A stretch of 63,059 nt of DNA, filler included, from Collodictyon triciliatum (GCA_043381765.1; 9 parts of 9 records of this genome joined end to end with filler, not necessarily neighbours in it); one strand, 5' to 3'. Positions 29,168 through 42,928 are shown, counted from the whole stretch's first letter. A program made the numbers and translations. The notes: a model not told the origin generated them from the sequence alone.

Positions 29168-30679
29168 GTAATAGTAATAGTAATAGTAATAGTGATAGTG
29201 ATAGTGATAGTGATAGTGATAGTGATAGTGATAGTGATAGTGATAGTGATAGTGATAGTGATAGTGATAGTTGCTATTAATTCGTTCATACCGCCCACAA
29301 GGTCTTTAACATCGGGAGGGAAGAGAGGTCGTCCATATTTCCGATTATTGGATTGCCCGCTTTAATAGTGTATTTAAATCAAAAACATATGATAGCTTAA
29401 ACACGTAATTGTCCTTGAAAACAATATAATTGTACAAATTTCATAAGAGTGTTACATATATAAAGCTCTTCAAGAAGTTTCAAATTCGATATTGAAGATG
29501 GCAGTCTCGAAACTTTGTTGTAGGCAATAGACATGCACATTACGTTTGTCAGCCTTTTTTTTATGAAAATATATAGTGAGTTACTTGCACTTTCCTGTGG
29601 ATATTGGAATCCAATCCTCTAATAGATAAGTACTTACATCCCAATAGAGTCTGGCAAATTTAACAAGTTGTTTGAGGTTAAATCAAGTCGTGAAATTCTA
29701 CAAAGCTTCGAAATATCGTTTGGAACTCCGCTGACCCGATTGCTCGCACAACGGAAGTCCTAGATTGTTTACATACAACTTTGGATATGTCTTCCATATC
29801 TATCTGCACCATACTTGTTTTAATCTTTGATTTATGACTTTATTAGTGGATCCCTTACAATAATTGATGGGACATTCGACAAGAATTCAGAAAATCCATT
29901 CAATTTGTTGGCTGATACATTGAGTAGAGTTAATGATGTCAATGCTGCCGAGAAGGATGACGGAATGCACGCTATATATACATTTTTGTGGCATTAGTTA
30001 TATTTATGTTCGGGGTAAATTTGTAGCTGAGAATAATCCTGTTTGAGTATTAATTAGAAAATTACATAAGTCTCCGTTGTTCAGCATGAGACACACAAGC
30101 CCACCCTTTCCTCTACTCCCAGGGAAATCGATGATATGATGATAAGATGTACGAAACAAAGCCAGTAATTTCATGTTGAATATTGAACTGGTGAGGTAAC
30201 TGATTGGATTGTTATCCATGTTTAAAATATTCAATGTAGTTAAAGAACTGATTGCATCAGGTATCTCCAGAATCTAATTGTTTAAGTGAAAAGTTTTTTA
30301 AAATTAAAAATAAAATAATATTCTTTATTCTCTTACTGTGGTCTATGATTTAAAAAAATCAAAAAAAAAAAAAACGTACCTTGTTATGGACCATGTGCAA
30401 TCTTTTCAATTTCGGTAAGTGACATAAAAAGTTAGGTATGCATGATAATGAATTCTGAGATAGATTGAGTTCAACAAGACTCTGAAGGTTCTCAAAAGAG
30501 TCTGGGAGATTATATAACTGGTTATGTTTCAGGTTGAGCTTTACTAAATTTGTTAAGTGACCGATTTCGGTACATATCACCGTTAAGATGTTGTAATGTG
30601 CATCTAAGTGATAAAGTTTGACGAGGTCTGATATGGATGTGGGGAATTTTGAAATCATATTTCCAGAGATTCTAAGTTG
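26536..30679 (-). CDS. Leucine-rich-repeat + PP2C protein phosphatase (PHLPP-like, 5' partial)
   Basis: LRRs such as LVKLNLKHNQLYNLPDSFENL, then PP2C motifs GRRGYMED, GIFDGHDG, SGST, ANSGDSRA, LSVDHKP, LAISRGFGD, IASDGLWD, GDNITVIAVKLG*. Confidence 0.92.
29095..29270. repeat. Compound microsatellite (AAT)n-(AGTAAT)n-(AGTGAT)n
   Basis: Seen directly, in an LRR-PP2C intron. Confidence 0.95.
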
Positions 30680-30762
30680 CTGTTACATCGAACGATATTA
30701 CAGTGATTAGATATAATCGCACAAGAAAGTGGTGGAAATTAAGACAAATGTGAGGAAATTTA

Positions 30763-30855
<93 letters not shown>

Positions 30856-31717
30856 NNNNNNNNNNNNNNNNNNNNNNNNNNNNNNNNNNNNNNNNNNNNT
30901 TAATTAATTAANNNNNNNNNNNNNNNNNNNNNNNNNNNNNNNNNNNNNNNNNNNNTTTGTTTTTTGTTTTTTGTTTTTTGTTTTTTGTTTTTTGTTTTTT
31001 GTTTTTTGTTTTTTGTTTTTTGTTTTTGTTTTTGTTTTTTGTTTTTGTTTGGACAGCTTCTTGTTGGTCGACGGCGAGCTTTGGCTGTGTGCTAGCGCGA
31101 GCGGGCGGTTGGATGTTTTTGCCGGATTTAGACTATGGACCCGATTGGGTTCTTCGGCTGCACCATTTGTGGATTTTATGATTTTACTACTATACCTGCC
31201 TATCAATCAGGCTTTCAATCATATATGGTATTTTACACTGATTAAAGACTGAGGTCATGAATAAGAAGAGTCCGTGCCCTGAGCGCTGCCCACTCTGTAT
31301 TTTGTGGCATATCACCCTGTCCGGGCTGCCTCGTCTAAAGCGAAGGAAGCTCATCTCATCTCATCAAACAAGAGCTCCTTCAGCCGGCCGCCATTACGCA
31401 AAATAGTTTCCGCTGGATTTGTGCGCTTTGCATCGACCAAACAAAGAGGTTAGCCACGCTTCAGTGCTTTTCTTTAACATGAAGAAAAAAAAGAAGCATG
31501 AAATCGCCGAGGTAAAACAAAAAAAAAAAGTGCATACAGAATGATGATGTACAACAGTGCTGATAACAAGTTGATGCTATTTGAAGTTTATAAGTCGGAA
31601 TCGATGGAAGGAAAAGAAAAGAAAAAGAGGGTTTCGTGGCAAATGACAGGGAAACGTATCACGCAAAAGATTGAGGTAGAACCTAAAATAACAAAATAAG
31701 AGAGTGTTGGGGAGGGC

Positions 31718-34569
31718 CTATTTTGCATCTACGGGTGATTCTGCTTCATCCTCCTAAGTTCTCATTTGAATTAGACAAATATTTTGCATAAAAGAGAGCC
31801 GAGCCGTGATAAAGTTACATTCAATAACAGCTAAAAGGATAAAAGGATCGAAGAGTGTACTACTTCAGAGTAATATACAGTAAATAAATGTGCAGTAAAT
31901 ACTGACCGGTTTGGCCAATCCCATGTTCCTCACAATTTCTTCGTATGACTTGTAAGTTTCCATGTTCCTTTTCAAGATTTCAGTCATGGGGCCCATCAAT
32001 CGCCGGAACGTTGCCCCATCTAACACAGCACATTTGCACTGGCCTGCTCATACCGAGTGAAAAGACACACGAATAGAGAAAAGATGGGGGGAAGATTGGA
32101 CATAAAAAGTTTAAATTCGCGCTTGTCTAGTTCTCAGACCATCTAGAAAACCGGTTGCTTCGGGGCAAGCGTGTTGAAAAGACGATACACCCTCATCGAA
32201 TGCAGGTGATAAGAACGGATTCTGTATATAAAACGACGCGATAAAATTGAAACATTACCCATCGCGATGACGTTAGCTGCCCGGGGGTCGTTGGTCAGCA
32301 ATGCAATTTCGCCAAAGTAATCCCCTACTTCCAATTTTTTCACTTCTACTGGTGCAATATTTGCTATATGTACGGGAGGGAAAAAAAGTTGCTTATGTAA
32401 AAATGCTCTACCTTGCACTGCCATTAGAAAAATATGCTACATATACTCCTTGAGGATTAGTAATCATATATGTGAAAGTAGATGTGCCTGAAAAGAACAT
32501 CCTGAATTTTCTTACCTGACGGGCTCTTTGTGGCACTGGCGTGGCCCTAAATAAAATATTGTTACTGATATTTGTTTGTGACGTTTGAAGGGTCTGCGAA
32601 AACATGTGTTGTTAGTGAGAAAATAGCTTGTATGTTCCAAAGAAAAGCATCCCACTTTTTCTAGGATGTAGAAGAGCTCGCCGACGTCTCCTTGCTTGAT
32701 TATATAATCACCGTCTTCAAACGTGACTACAAAAGGTAATTACATATTAGCCCACAACTCCTAGCCACGACACCACGCATGAAAATAAATATTGACTCCG
32801 AATCACGAAAGGGAGGAGCAGACCTGGTTCCAGAGCATCAGCGATTGTGTATCTCTCCCATTTAGTTAGAGTCTCTGTATCAATTTTTCAAAAAATGAAA
32901 AATTAAATGATGGGTCAAGTTATGTTTTTGTGGGTTGTTGCACTTATTTTCACTATAATTTCTACTACATGCTGTAATTATGCGCAAAAAACGAATTATA
33001 CTAACGCAGAATAGGGACGCTTTCCAGGAAGTTCTCGTACATCTTTCGTTTTTTGGACGTCGTATCCATCAATATCGCGCGGAAAGTTTGCCGATCGACA
33101 CACCAAAGCAGTCCTTCTTTCGTTGCCTGAGTAATGTTCATTGTTTATCATTTCTGCGAAATATAAAAGAATAGAAAGAAAAGAAAATACTGAATGACTA
33201 AATAATCGCTTTTCAAATAAGTCAATGTAAGTAGGTATATAAGACGTACGATTACTGTAGCAGCTCTTGGGGCGTTGTACATGAGAGCCAGCTCTCCAAA
33301 AGAGCCCCCTGATTATGCAAATGAATCGTTTTAGCTCTATTTTAATGGCAATAACAATAGCTCCAGCTCCATCCAAAATTCGAAGCTTGTATAGCTGGAA
33401 GGATATATGAGCTCAAGTTCTGTGTAAATGGTCAACCGGTGCAAGATTCTTTGATGATATATTGATTCACCTGCTTTGAATCGAGTAAAGAAAACAATTA
33501 TTCACCTGGACCAACAGTAAGGACTTTCTTTGGACTCCCATCTATCTTGACGTAAATGTCGAATTCTCCATTATCAATGACATAAAAATTGTCTCCTTCA
33601 TCACCTGCATCGTATTTAGATGTGGGTCAATATTGTCCGTCTTTTAAAAGGGGACTTGTTGAGCCAAGATAAAAGTGAAAGTTAAAAAAAAACATGCACA
33701 TAGTGTAAATGGAAATGAAGATGAAGGCTAAGGCATTAATCATAGAGGAACCCTGTTTAATTATTGTATCGTCTTTGACAACTTTCTTTTCAAACATTGC
33801 ATTCATAATATCCTTCTTCTGCTCTTCATCCAACCCTTTGAATAGGATATTTTTTTGGATAGATTTTTCGATACTTTGCAGTGCCTACATATAGATCAGA
33901 AAATATTTATTCGTTCTTTTGCTAGATAACGAATGTGATTGCGATATATTTACGGAGCGACTGGTAACCTTGAATGCGAATTTATCGACATCGGAAAAGA
34001 AAACAAATACAGGGACAAAAGCAAAGCATCATTATATTGATTTTCTTCAAGAAAGAAAGAAAAAAGGACCTCTTCAGACTTTGGTATGACTTTCTTTTCC
34101 TTCAGACCCTCCTGTGCATTCTTTGAATTCGATGCTTCTGAAGACACGCTGCCACGCCGGACTCGTCGGTTCACCTTCAACAGATTCGGATCTGAGCGGC
34201 AAAGATGTTGGGTTGAGATTGTTACCCCATGTAGGAATACACACATAGACAAACACAACTATCAAACACAACTATCAAACACACTCTTTCTTTCCAAGGA
34301 AAAGTCAATGATAATTTTGCCAAGGGACCGGGCTAGGCTCTAAGACTGCCGCACACGGGACATAACAAACCGTCCATGGGCGGGGCATTGGGATCAGACC
34401 CGGGCGGAGCCGCTGACTCGGCTGGTTTTGCGGCCTGAATCGACGGTGGCGCCGACTGCGAAGCGGAGGGGACGTGGGGCGGGTCTGCTTTGTTCTTTGA
34501 GGGTGAATTCGCAGGCGACTCTGCGTGTTTTGCGGCCACGGTCGAGTCCTTTGTGCAGATTCCGCCCAT
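31718..34569 (-). CDS. cAMP-dependent protein kinase regulatory subunit
   Basis: MGGICTK start, RRGSV inhibitor site, two cNMP cassettes [15 protein letters not shown] and [15 protein letters not shown]. About 13 exons splice in phase and end [11 protein letters not shown]. Confidence 0.95.
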
Positions 34570-35199
34570 CGTGTATGGCAGCAAAATCCTTCCTTACGGC
34601 CTTGCTTGCCTTGTGCTTTGTGTGCGGCGTTTGTGTAGAGGGAGAAAGAGAGGAATAATATTAAAAAAAAAAAAGTGGTTGAATGTATATAAAAAAATAA
34701 CTCATTACAAGGAGAAAGAAAGTGAGGCAGACTGCGTTAGACTGACTGGATTCCAGTTGTTCTTATCGCCAGTCCAACTCTTTTCCCTCCAGCCAAGACT
34801 TTGGTTCTGGTGCTGGGGTTCGCCTGCGTCGAGGCTGTGTGTTGGGTTGGGAAGACCAATGAGTGGTAATGGCATGCCTTTTTTGATTTGCTTTCGGTGG
34901 TTCTTTGCCTTTGACAGAATCTTTCAATGAATATATTCTATTGTGGAATAAAGACAACGGTTTCCGTTATTGTGTCTCCCAATTTGTCGAGGTGAAGGCA
35001 AAGAGGTATTCTTTTGTGGAAAATATGCGGAGTTTTTTGTGGAAAACACTGCTGGGAGGGCCAACCGCGGCTGACCAGATGGAGCTGTGTGAAGGTATCT
35101 CGCTTTGTTGTTTATAATCTGAGTTTTGGCCGATTCGTGGTCGCGCAGGTGGGTGATGCAAGACATCATCGATGGTTTGTTCGGCATCGATTTTTCTGG

Positions 35200-36793
35200 T
35201 TAAACACTCTCAGCAGCCTCGTTGATTGCGGCCTTGGCGATGTCCTTGCGTGCCTCTTTTTTGGCAGCCTCATTTCCGCCTCGGCCTTGGTAGTACATCC
35301 AGACAGTCTTGATGATTGAACCAGGTTACCAAGCTTGGTGGTCGATTACCCGCATTTTTTTTTATGACAGGATGCATATTATTTCATTTATTTTTTTTTT
35401 TCATGTATTCAAGAACCTTTTCAACGTAGAGGCAAAGCATAGAGGTAATCCCCCATAGACCGAGACTGATACCGCTTGTGAATGAAACAAAACCTCTACA
35501 AAGATATATTACATTGATATGTAAGGAGTCTACAGTCATATGATATGTTAAGCATGGAGATTTGTATGTTGAAAAATGGTTTGATGTTGATTTATCCTTA
35601 ATTTATAGAATTGTGAATTTTCATGGTTACTCTCTGTTTCTTTTCTTTTCCTTTAAAAAATAATGTGTCCATTTCATAATAGATATTCAAATTTATTGAA
35701 CCTTACTTTCCTTCATCCTCAGCTTTGAAAATCATGATTATTCCTCTGTTGAAAAAGAAATAAATTGAATGACGATTCATGAAGTACGCTTGATATTATG
35801 TTGTACTCTTCAAAATGAATGCACTTTCAAAAACATCTGTTTGCAACAATTTTATGGAACAACATACGCGCTTCCAGTGTCAGGGATACCAAGGAACATT
35901 AGGAGAGCCAAAGCAGTGGCACAACCCCATGTAAACAGATACCAGAAAATTGAGGTTGTGGATTTCTTCCTATAACCATGAAGAATCATGTTCACTCCAG
36001 CTTCATGAATGTTTTTGGTCTTGCTTGTACTGCTTTTCACATTTGTGCGCGCATTATTAAGTACGTAAGATAAGGTGAGATATAAAAAAATATATTCATA
36101 GCACATACTTAATTCCCTTATAGAGCGACATGTAGGAATTGCTGAATCCCACAGGACCGCATAGAACCAACCAAATAAATGCAAGAAAGACAAACGAAAA
36201 ACTGGAATTCGTTTAAAAGTGAGACGTGGAAGATAAACGATACTAAAAACGAAAGGGAAAGGGAAAAAAGTGGAAGAAAAAGGAAGAAAAAGGAAGAAAA
36301 ATCATTTTGTTTCGAAAATAAGGTGGGCTGTCTTTTATCAAGGAAAATAGTACAATCGTCATTTAAATGATTGTATTATGGTTACTCTAAACTAATATCC
36401 ATGTAGACACAAACGGCGAAGAAATTCCATGTCAGTGCAACACTGTAAACTATGGTAATAATGTTTTTGTGAGGAAGCGGCAAAACTAAACAAAGTGCCA
36501 AGAGAACCACACGAGAACAAAATAAACTGTATACTAACAACACCACTCTCATTTCAACAAAATCAATACGTACGAATCCAATTGTAGAAGGCGATGCGAA
36601 CCATTCTTCGGTGTTCTTCAGGGATTTCTGCCTCAATATCGTGGTAGACAGAGGGACGGCACGGTGGGAAATTCGGAGCAGGTACAAAGCCAGCTCCGCC
36701 TTGTTCACGCTTGCGTAGCTCCTTTTCACGGATTTCAATCTCTGCTTCACGGCGAGCAACTTCCTGCTCACGTCGGCGAATTTCCTCGACTGA
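35200..36793 (-). CDS. SCAMP (secretory carrier membrane protein); probable NPF-containing first exon near 37251-37268
   Basis: Coiled coil RRREQEVARREAEI, PNFPPCRPSVYHDIEAEIP, four hydrophobic segments, FLGIPDTGSAGII, YYQGRGG..AAESV*. Confidence 0.9.
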
Positions 36794-38245
36794 CTAGGTA
36801 TGGTGATGTTAATTACTGTGCTATATAAAGTGGATTAACGTAAATTATGTGAATATATCTATCGGAAGCTGAGTTTGGCTATATAGGGGAAAAAATACTG
36901 CGGTTGCTGTTCCGTTTCCAGCGTTCCGTGCGGCAATATGATCGCATTAACAATGTGGAAAGTAGGTTACCCAAACATGACAATTAATGGCGGAATGTAA
37001 AGAGAGTTTAAGCATTTATCTGTAGTATTGGTATTGCGTACATGAGGCCTGGTGGTTAGAGGGATCGTTCATGGCATTCGTTCAAAAGGGAATTATCGAA
37101 GCATCATGGTGGTTGGGGCGGCAAATGAATGTGAACAAGATTGAGAAGAGATGCATATTAAAGTTTGTCAGAAAGAGCGCACTGATTGAGCTTATCCCTC
37201 ACACTACGAAAGAAGAAAGAGAGCATCGTAAGAAGGAATAAAAAAAAAACCTCGAATGGGTTCAGCATGGCCAGTCTTTATGCGCTTTTGGATCTCCTAA
37301 TATAATTCATTTGTAGGTTGGATCATTTATCAAGCTGGTTTCGAGACTTCTGCTAAGAGTCCCTCAACTCAAGAACCAAGACACAACAAATGAAAAAGAG
37401 AGGATTATGCAGCACAAATCAAAAACGCCTGGAAACTTGCTTCTGCTGGATCTTTCTTTTTCTTTTTTTCTTTTGTGGATTTGGCCTCGCCTCAGTGTCG
37501 AAAAGAAATGCATCCGCTCTGTTTGTTGTCGGGGCAGGGTTCAATCAATGACGTTTCTTTGACAGCTTTTGTCTAGCGGCATGTTCTCTGATTCCTCCAC
37601 TCGACTTCGTGATGATCATGGCATCCTTGCCACTTACCCTCAAGCGGCTTTATGTGGAAACAAAATCTCGGTATTTGAGCATTAAGAAAACCACATCAAG
37701 TCTTCAAAGAAATCTTTCATAATAGTTTATTTAATATGGAATTTATCAACTAATAATTATTTATGGGGTAAATTGAGAGTTCAATAATGATTAATGATAT
37801 AAAATATAATGAATATTGACATTAGTGTATTTATGTTGCTGCTAGATAAGGTCGAGTTGATTCTGTTGTGTTCGTTAACTATTGTCGTAAATCCTTCATC
37901 TGCCAAGCGGCCGAGCCTTGCGATCGGTTCGTCACCCGAAACCGACAAAGCAGCAGGCATAAGGGGCTCACCTCCTCGTCTTCTCGAAAGCTGGTCATGT
38001 CTAGACGACCCAAAACACTGTTGGGACAGGCCAAAATATTTGGCTTACTCACTTTTTTTTTCTTGTTCTTGACTTTTTTCTTTTTTTCTTTTTTCTTTTA
38101 TCTTTTATCTTTTATCTTTTATCTTTTATCTTTTATCTTTTATCTTTTTTCTTTTCTGTTTTCCTTTTTTCGGGTTTGTTTTTATTGTTTTGTTTTGTTT
38201 GATAATTTGCCTTCGATCTCACTTAACCGCCGTCCGCAGGTCAAT

Positions 38246-38417
38246 ATGGCCTTTGCTACAAACTTTTTCCCAAGCATTCTTGTGACTTCCAGACGGCTCC
38301 AGATTTGTTTCTTGCTGCTTGTGATCGGCGGAGTTTGTCTATTTGGGCTTTATTTCTTTCGGAATGAGTTCTACCTCGCGATAACAGCGTATATTGAATG
38401 GGCACATTCACTCGGAA
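38246..38417 (+). CDS. First coding exon of a membrane protein, TVP38/TMEM64 (VTT)-like (3' partial)
   Basis: MAFATNFF..hydrophobic segment..AYIEWAHSLG, then GT donor. The W-x-x-x-LG pattern suggests the family, but the fragment is short. Confidence 0.45.
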
Positions 38418-38682
38418 GTTTGTATTGACAATTTTCTTTCAACTTGCTGTGATGTTATAGTTTGTATATTTCTCTGTTTGGCGTAAAAAAGAAAAAAAGA
38501 AAAAAAGAAAAAAAGAAAAAAAGAAAAAAAGAAAAAAAGAAAAAAAGAAAAAAAGAAAAAAAGAAAAAAAGAAAAAAAAAAANNNNNNNNNNNNNNNNNN
38601 NNNNNNNNNNNNNNNNNNNNNNNNNNTTAATTAATTAANNNNNNNNNNNNNNNNNNNNNNNNNNNNNNNNNNNNNNNNNNNN

Positions 38683-38842
38683 GTATAAAAGTATAAAAGT
38701 ATAAAAGTATAAAAGTATAAAAGTATAAAAGTATAAAAGTATAAAAGTATAAAAGTATAAAAGTATAAAAGTATAAAAGTATAAAAGTATAAAAGTATAA
38801 AAGTATAAAAGTATAAAAGTATAAAAGTATAAAAGTATAAAA
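38683..38842. repeat. (GTATAAAA)n at scaffold start
   Basis: Seen directly. Confidence 0.95.
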
Positions 38843-38915
38843 GCAGAAGAAAAAAAAGAAGGAAGAGAGAAAATATATTGATTGACAGCCAGTAAACGTA
38901 TTGAATAAAAAATAC

Positions 38916-41861
38916 CAAGAGAAAATCGGTAACTAATCGTGTTAATGGCCACTCCATTGGAATCTCCTCCATAAAGGAATAGAGTACGGTTGAAATATGA
39001 TAATCCCTAATGAATGTTGATATTGCTTAACGGTTAAATACACGTAGAGCTTTTTTCATGATGATTGTTCATATCGCCATCAATATCATACAGAGAGTTT
39101 TGTTGGAGGCGGAACAGTCCTGTAGTTACTGTCTGTGTAATTGGTATGCATAAACAGAGCCTCCCACACATTCGAATCTATCATACGTTTTACGAAATAA
39201 GTAAAGCTAAGAAATGATAGCAAAAATATTGTCAACAGAAAATATAGGAAGGTAGTTTGTATAATCGAAAATTAAAATCGTTATTGGAATACATTTTTAT
39301 AGGAATAAGACATGCTTATATCATATCTCCACAAATCATTTAACAGGATATCGTCTGCGTTTGTTATCGACCCTCCATAAATCACAATTTCAGAATTCGA
39401 AATATTTGTTGCCGCAGGAACACTTCTGGCCATCGGATAATAGTAAATGCTGGAGTCGACCCATGTTTTTGACACTATAATCGTATTTAACTTGAGGTAG
39501 ACTGTTTAGTGTTTTAAATACATGTAAATTTCAGAGTTCAATCTCTGATGAAAAAAACCTGTGTCAAACAGCCATATCGTGTCATCGCATGTTGAATACT
39601 GTCCACCAAGCAAGACAATTGTGTGATTTATAGCCGAAGCAAAAGTAAATGCACGAGGGAATGGATAGCTCATATCATAGGGATATTGCGCCACTTTGTC
39701 CTTATAGTGGTGAATATAGACGAATTCACGAGTAACTAACAAAACATATGTTATAGTTTAAGGAAAAGAGAAGCACTTTTCTGTTAAAATGAATATAAAA
39801 TGTAGCATGGTTATATATAAATATAAATAAGCATCGGCATGTTTTTGTAGCAGAACAAAGGCATTAGTCTAAATAAGTTAAGTTAACGCACGGATGTCGA
39901 GACCATAAACACTCGCTTGAGGTTTGACTTGACTAAGATCGCCCAGTCCATGGATGAAGTACAACACGGTCCCGACTCTGGCAAAAGCACCTAGATAGCA
40001 TCCTATGTTCGGTTCGTTGATTGGCTTTACGACATCATGCTTTTTCCACAGAGTTTTATCTATTATATATATTCAATTAATAGATATCTAGGGTATATTA
40101 GTAGCCTTTCAGCTTAATAACATCGATGCGACTTGAAAAAAAAACAAAACAGTATCAACAGGTACTCTCAGCGTGCAAAATTTCTAATTAATAATATACC
40201 GTAGTCAAAGGACCAGAATTCGTAAATGATGAAGCTGTATATGTCATCCCCAGCTAGGCCACTGTATTTGTAAAATACTCTGTCGTATACAGTANNNNNN
40301 NNNNNNNNNNNNNNNNNNNNNNNNNNNNNNNNNNNNNNNNNNNNNNNNNNNNNNNNNNNNNNNNNNNNNNNNNNNNNNNNNNNNNNNNNNNNNNNNNNNN
40401 NNNNNNNNNNNNNNNNNNNNNNNNNNNNNNNNNNNNNNNNNNNNNNNNNNNNNNNNNNNNNNNNNNNNNNNNNNNNNNNNNNNNNNNNNNNNNNNNNNNN
40501 NNNNNNNNNNNNNNNNNNNNNNNNNNNNNNNNNNNNNNNNNNNNNNNNNNNNNNNNNNNNNNNNNNNNNNNNNNNNNNNNNNNNNNNNNNNNNNNNNNNN
40601 NNNNNNNNNNNNNNNNNNNNNNNNNNNNNNNNNNNNNNNNNNNNNNNNNNNNNNNNNNNNNNNNNNNNNNNNNNNNNNNNNNNNNNNNNNNNNNNNNNNN
40701 NNNNNNNNNNNNNNNNNNNNNNNNNNNNNCAAGTGTAGATGGGTTGAGCTCCCACAAATCCGAAAGAAACGTGTCAGTTAGGCCCCCAAATAGATAAATC
40801 TGTTTGTCAAATAGTATATTAAGAGAAAAAAAAGGTTCGATGGATATTACTCGTTGAAAGACATCCCATACAATTGAGCGGGGCTTCATAGAGATGTAAC
40901 AGGGGGATTTAATAAAAGGGGGTGTTTAATTGCTTATTAATGATCATAGTGAGAAAATGCACTAACTTTGTCTCTAACAACTGCTGTACAATAATCGTCC
41001 CTTACTGGAGGTGCTTCTCCAATGGTGAACTTAAGCTCCCATTCAAATTTGACTATTGTATTTTTTTTTGGAACAATATTAGAGTGGAACACATACTTTG
41101 GGGGTTTACAGTCGTTTTTACATAGAGAGATATGATGAAGCAACTACAAACATATGTTGAGCGAACGGTAAATGTGATCTACGGTTCTCACTGGAGTCTC
41201 CAAATCGTTTGCATACCTGATGTAAATGATTTTATTACACAAATGTAAAGTTGAAGATCAATTGATTGTTTATCCATATTTAAACCATGACATCAAATCT
41301 ATAGAAAGAACATGCAAATAGGTCTTTTATACCTCTCTGGAAACAGGTATATACTGTCTTCATAAACAACCGAACAGCGTGTTGTATAAGCAGGCGGATA
41401 TGACGATTTTATTGTCCACCGATTAACATCATGCTCTGGCCGATTTTTAGACATATTAATTTTGTTCCATTAGATACTACACAAGCAGAACCGAGTCATC
41501 CAACAAGCATAATGATCGGCTCGCTAAAATCTGTCTCTTCAGAAAACTTCCAAATCATTCCAAAGTCCTTCATATAGCTCTAAACCGACTCTTTTTTTTC
41601 TCTTTCCATCATCTGTATTACACACAAAAAGGTCTCTCAAACAGAAGGAATTACGAATCCTTCAAGGCGAGTTTAACCCCATGATGTCAAGAGATAGTCC
41701 AACTTTGTCTTTAGCCAACTTCAGTGCCATGATCAGATCAAGGAGGACACAAAAAGCTAAAGAGGCTGACGTGATCAAAGCCACAAACCTGATGCATGCG
41801 CAAGAATCCCCCACAACACAGAAACGAGCGCAGCCAGGACAAGACGGACTGATCGATGCAT
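38916..41861 (-). CDS. Kelch-repeat protein, probably secreted or surface (3' partial, internal gap)
   Basis: Kelch GG motifs IYLFGGLTDTFLSDLWEL, FPRAF..IVLLGGQ..IWLFD, ARSV..IVIYGG..LLNDLWRYD and LFLYGGD. Candidate signal peptide MHRSVRLVLAALVSVLWGILAHAS at 41861; its junction to later exons is unresolved. Confidence 0.72.
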
Positions 41862-42928
41862 CCCTGCGAAGGAAACCTATTCAGATAATGCCTTTGAAGC
41901 CACGAGACTTTGTGAGCCAGCAAGAAGCTTGAAGCGAGACGCTGGAAATACGATATTGTGCGAGGCAGAAGATTTGTGCAGCGATCGACCAGGAAATATG
42001 GAGCCTGCGTGGGGTTTGTTTTTTCAGGTGCAGAAAAGCATATAGAATTATAGGGTTTGGAAGAAAATCTGTTTCTTGGTTTTGCCTGTTGCTGTATTTT
42101 TTCTTTTTATTTCTTTTCATTTTTTAGTAGTATTTTTTAATTGGTATATATATATTTTCTGACTGGGATTATTAAAACGAGAGTCGCGGATGCGTATTTT
42201 CCTTGCATTTTTCTTTTCTTCTCTTTTCTTTTCTTTTTTTAAAGGAGGGTTCAATGACGTGCATCCTGTTCTGGAGGAAATAAATAAAAATAATAGTTGT
42301 TATAATCATTGAAAAAGGAGAGAAAAATAAACAAATTAGGAGAAGGCAGTAAAAGCTTTGCAGAGGCACCGGAGGGCGGGATATGATGGGATGGGATGNN
42401 NNNNNNNNNNNNNNNNNNNNNNNNNNNNNNNNNNNNNNNNNNNNNNNNNNNNNNNNNNNNNNNNNNNNNNNNNNNNNNNNNNNNNNNNNNNNNNNNNNNN
42501 NNNNNNNNNNNNNNNNNNNNNNNNNNNNNNNNNNNNNNNNNNNNNNNNNNNNNNNNNNNNNNNNNNNNNNNNNNNNNNNNNNNNNNNNNNNNNNNNNNNN
42601 NNNNNNNNNNNNNNNNNNNNNNNNNNNNNNNNNNNNNNNNNNNNNNNNNNNNNNNNNNNNNNNNNNNNNNNNNNNNNNNNNNNNNNNNNNNNNNNNNNNN
42701 NNNNNNNNNNNNNNNNNNNNNNNNNNNNNNNNNNNNNNAAAAAGAAAAAAGAAAAAAGAAAAAAGACAGTGAAGAACACGCACAATTGTTTCTTGTGTTG
42801 CTGATAAAAGCTGGTAGTGAACGAGAGAAAACTCAAAGCAATGCCATAGGAAGCACACACATAAGTCACGTAAAACCGGGCTGGTAAGATTCACTTTATC
42901 CGCACAAATAACCTCGACGGTATGTAGG

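Noticed and set aside
31057..31252. Possible terminal exon after the TG-rich repeat
   Set aside because: An acceptor-like CAG is present, but two frames are open with no recognisable homology, so it cannot be called.
26536..34569. Cyr1-like LRR-PP2C next to PKA-R as a cAMP cluster
   Set aside because: A linker at 30856-30955 separates them, and no cyclase domain is present.
38683..38842. Telomeric or TATA-array interpretation of scaffold-end repeats
   Set aside because: Each end has a different unit, and several lie within introns of truncated genes.
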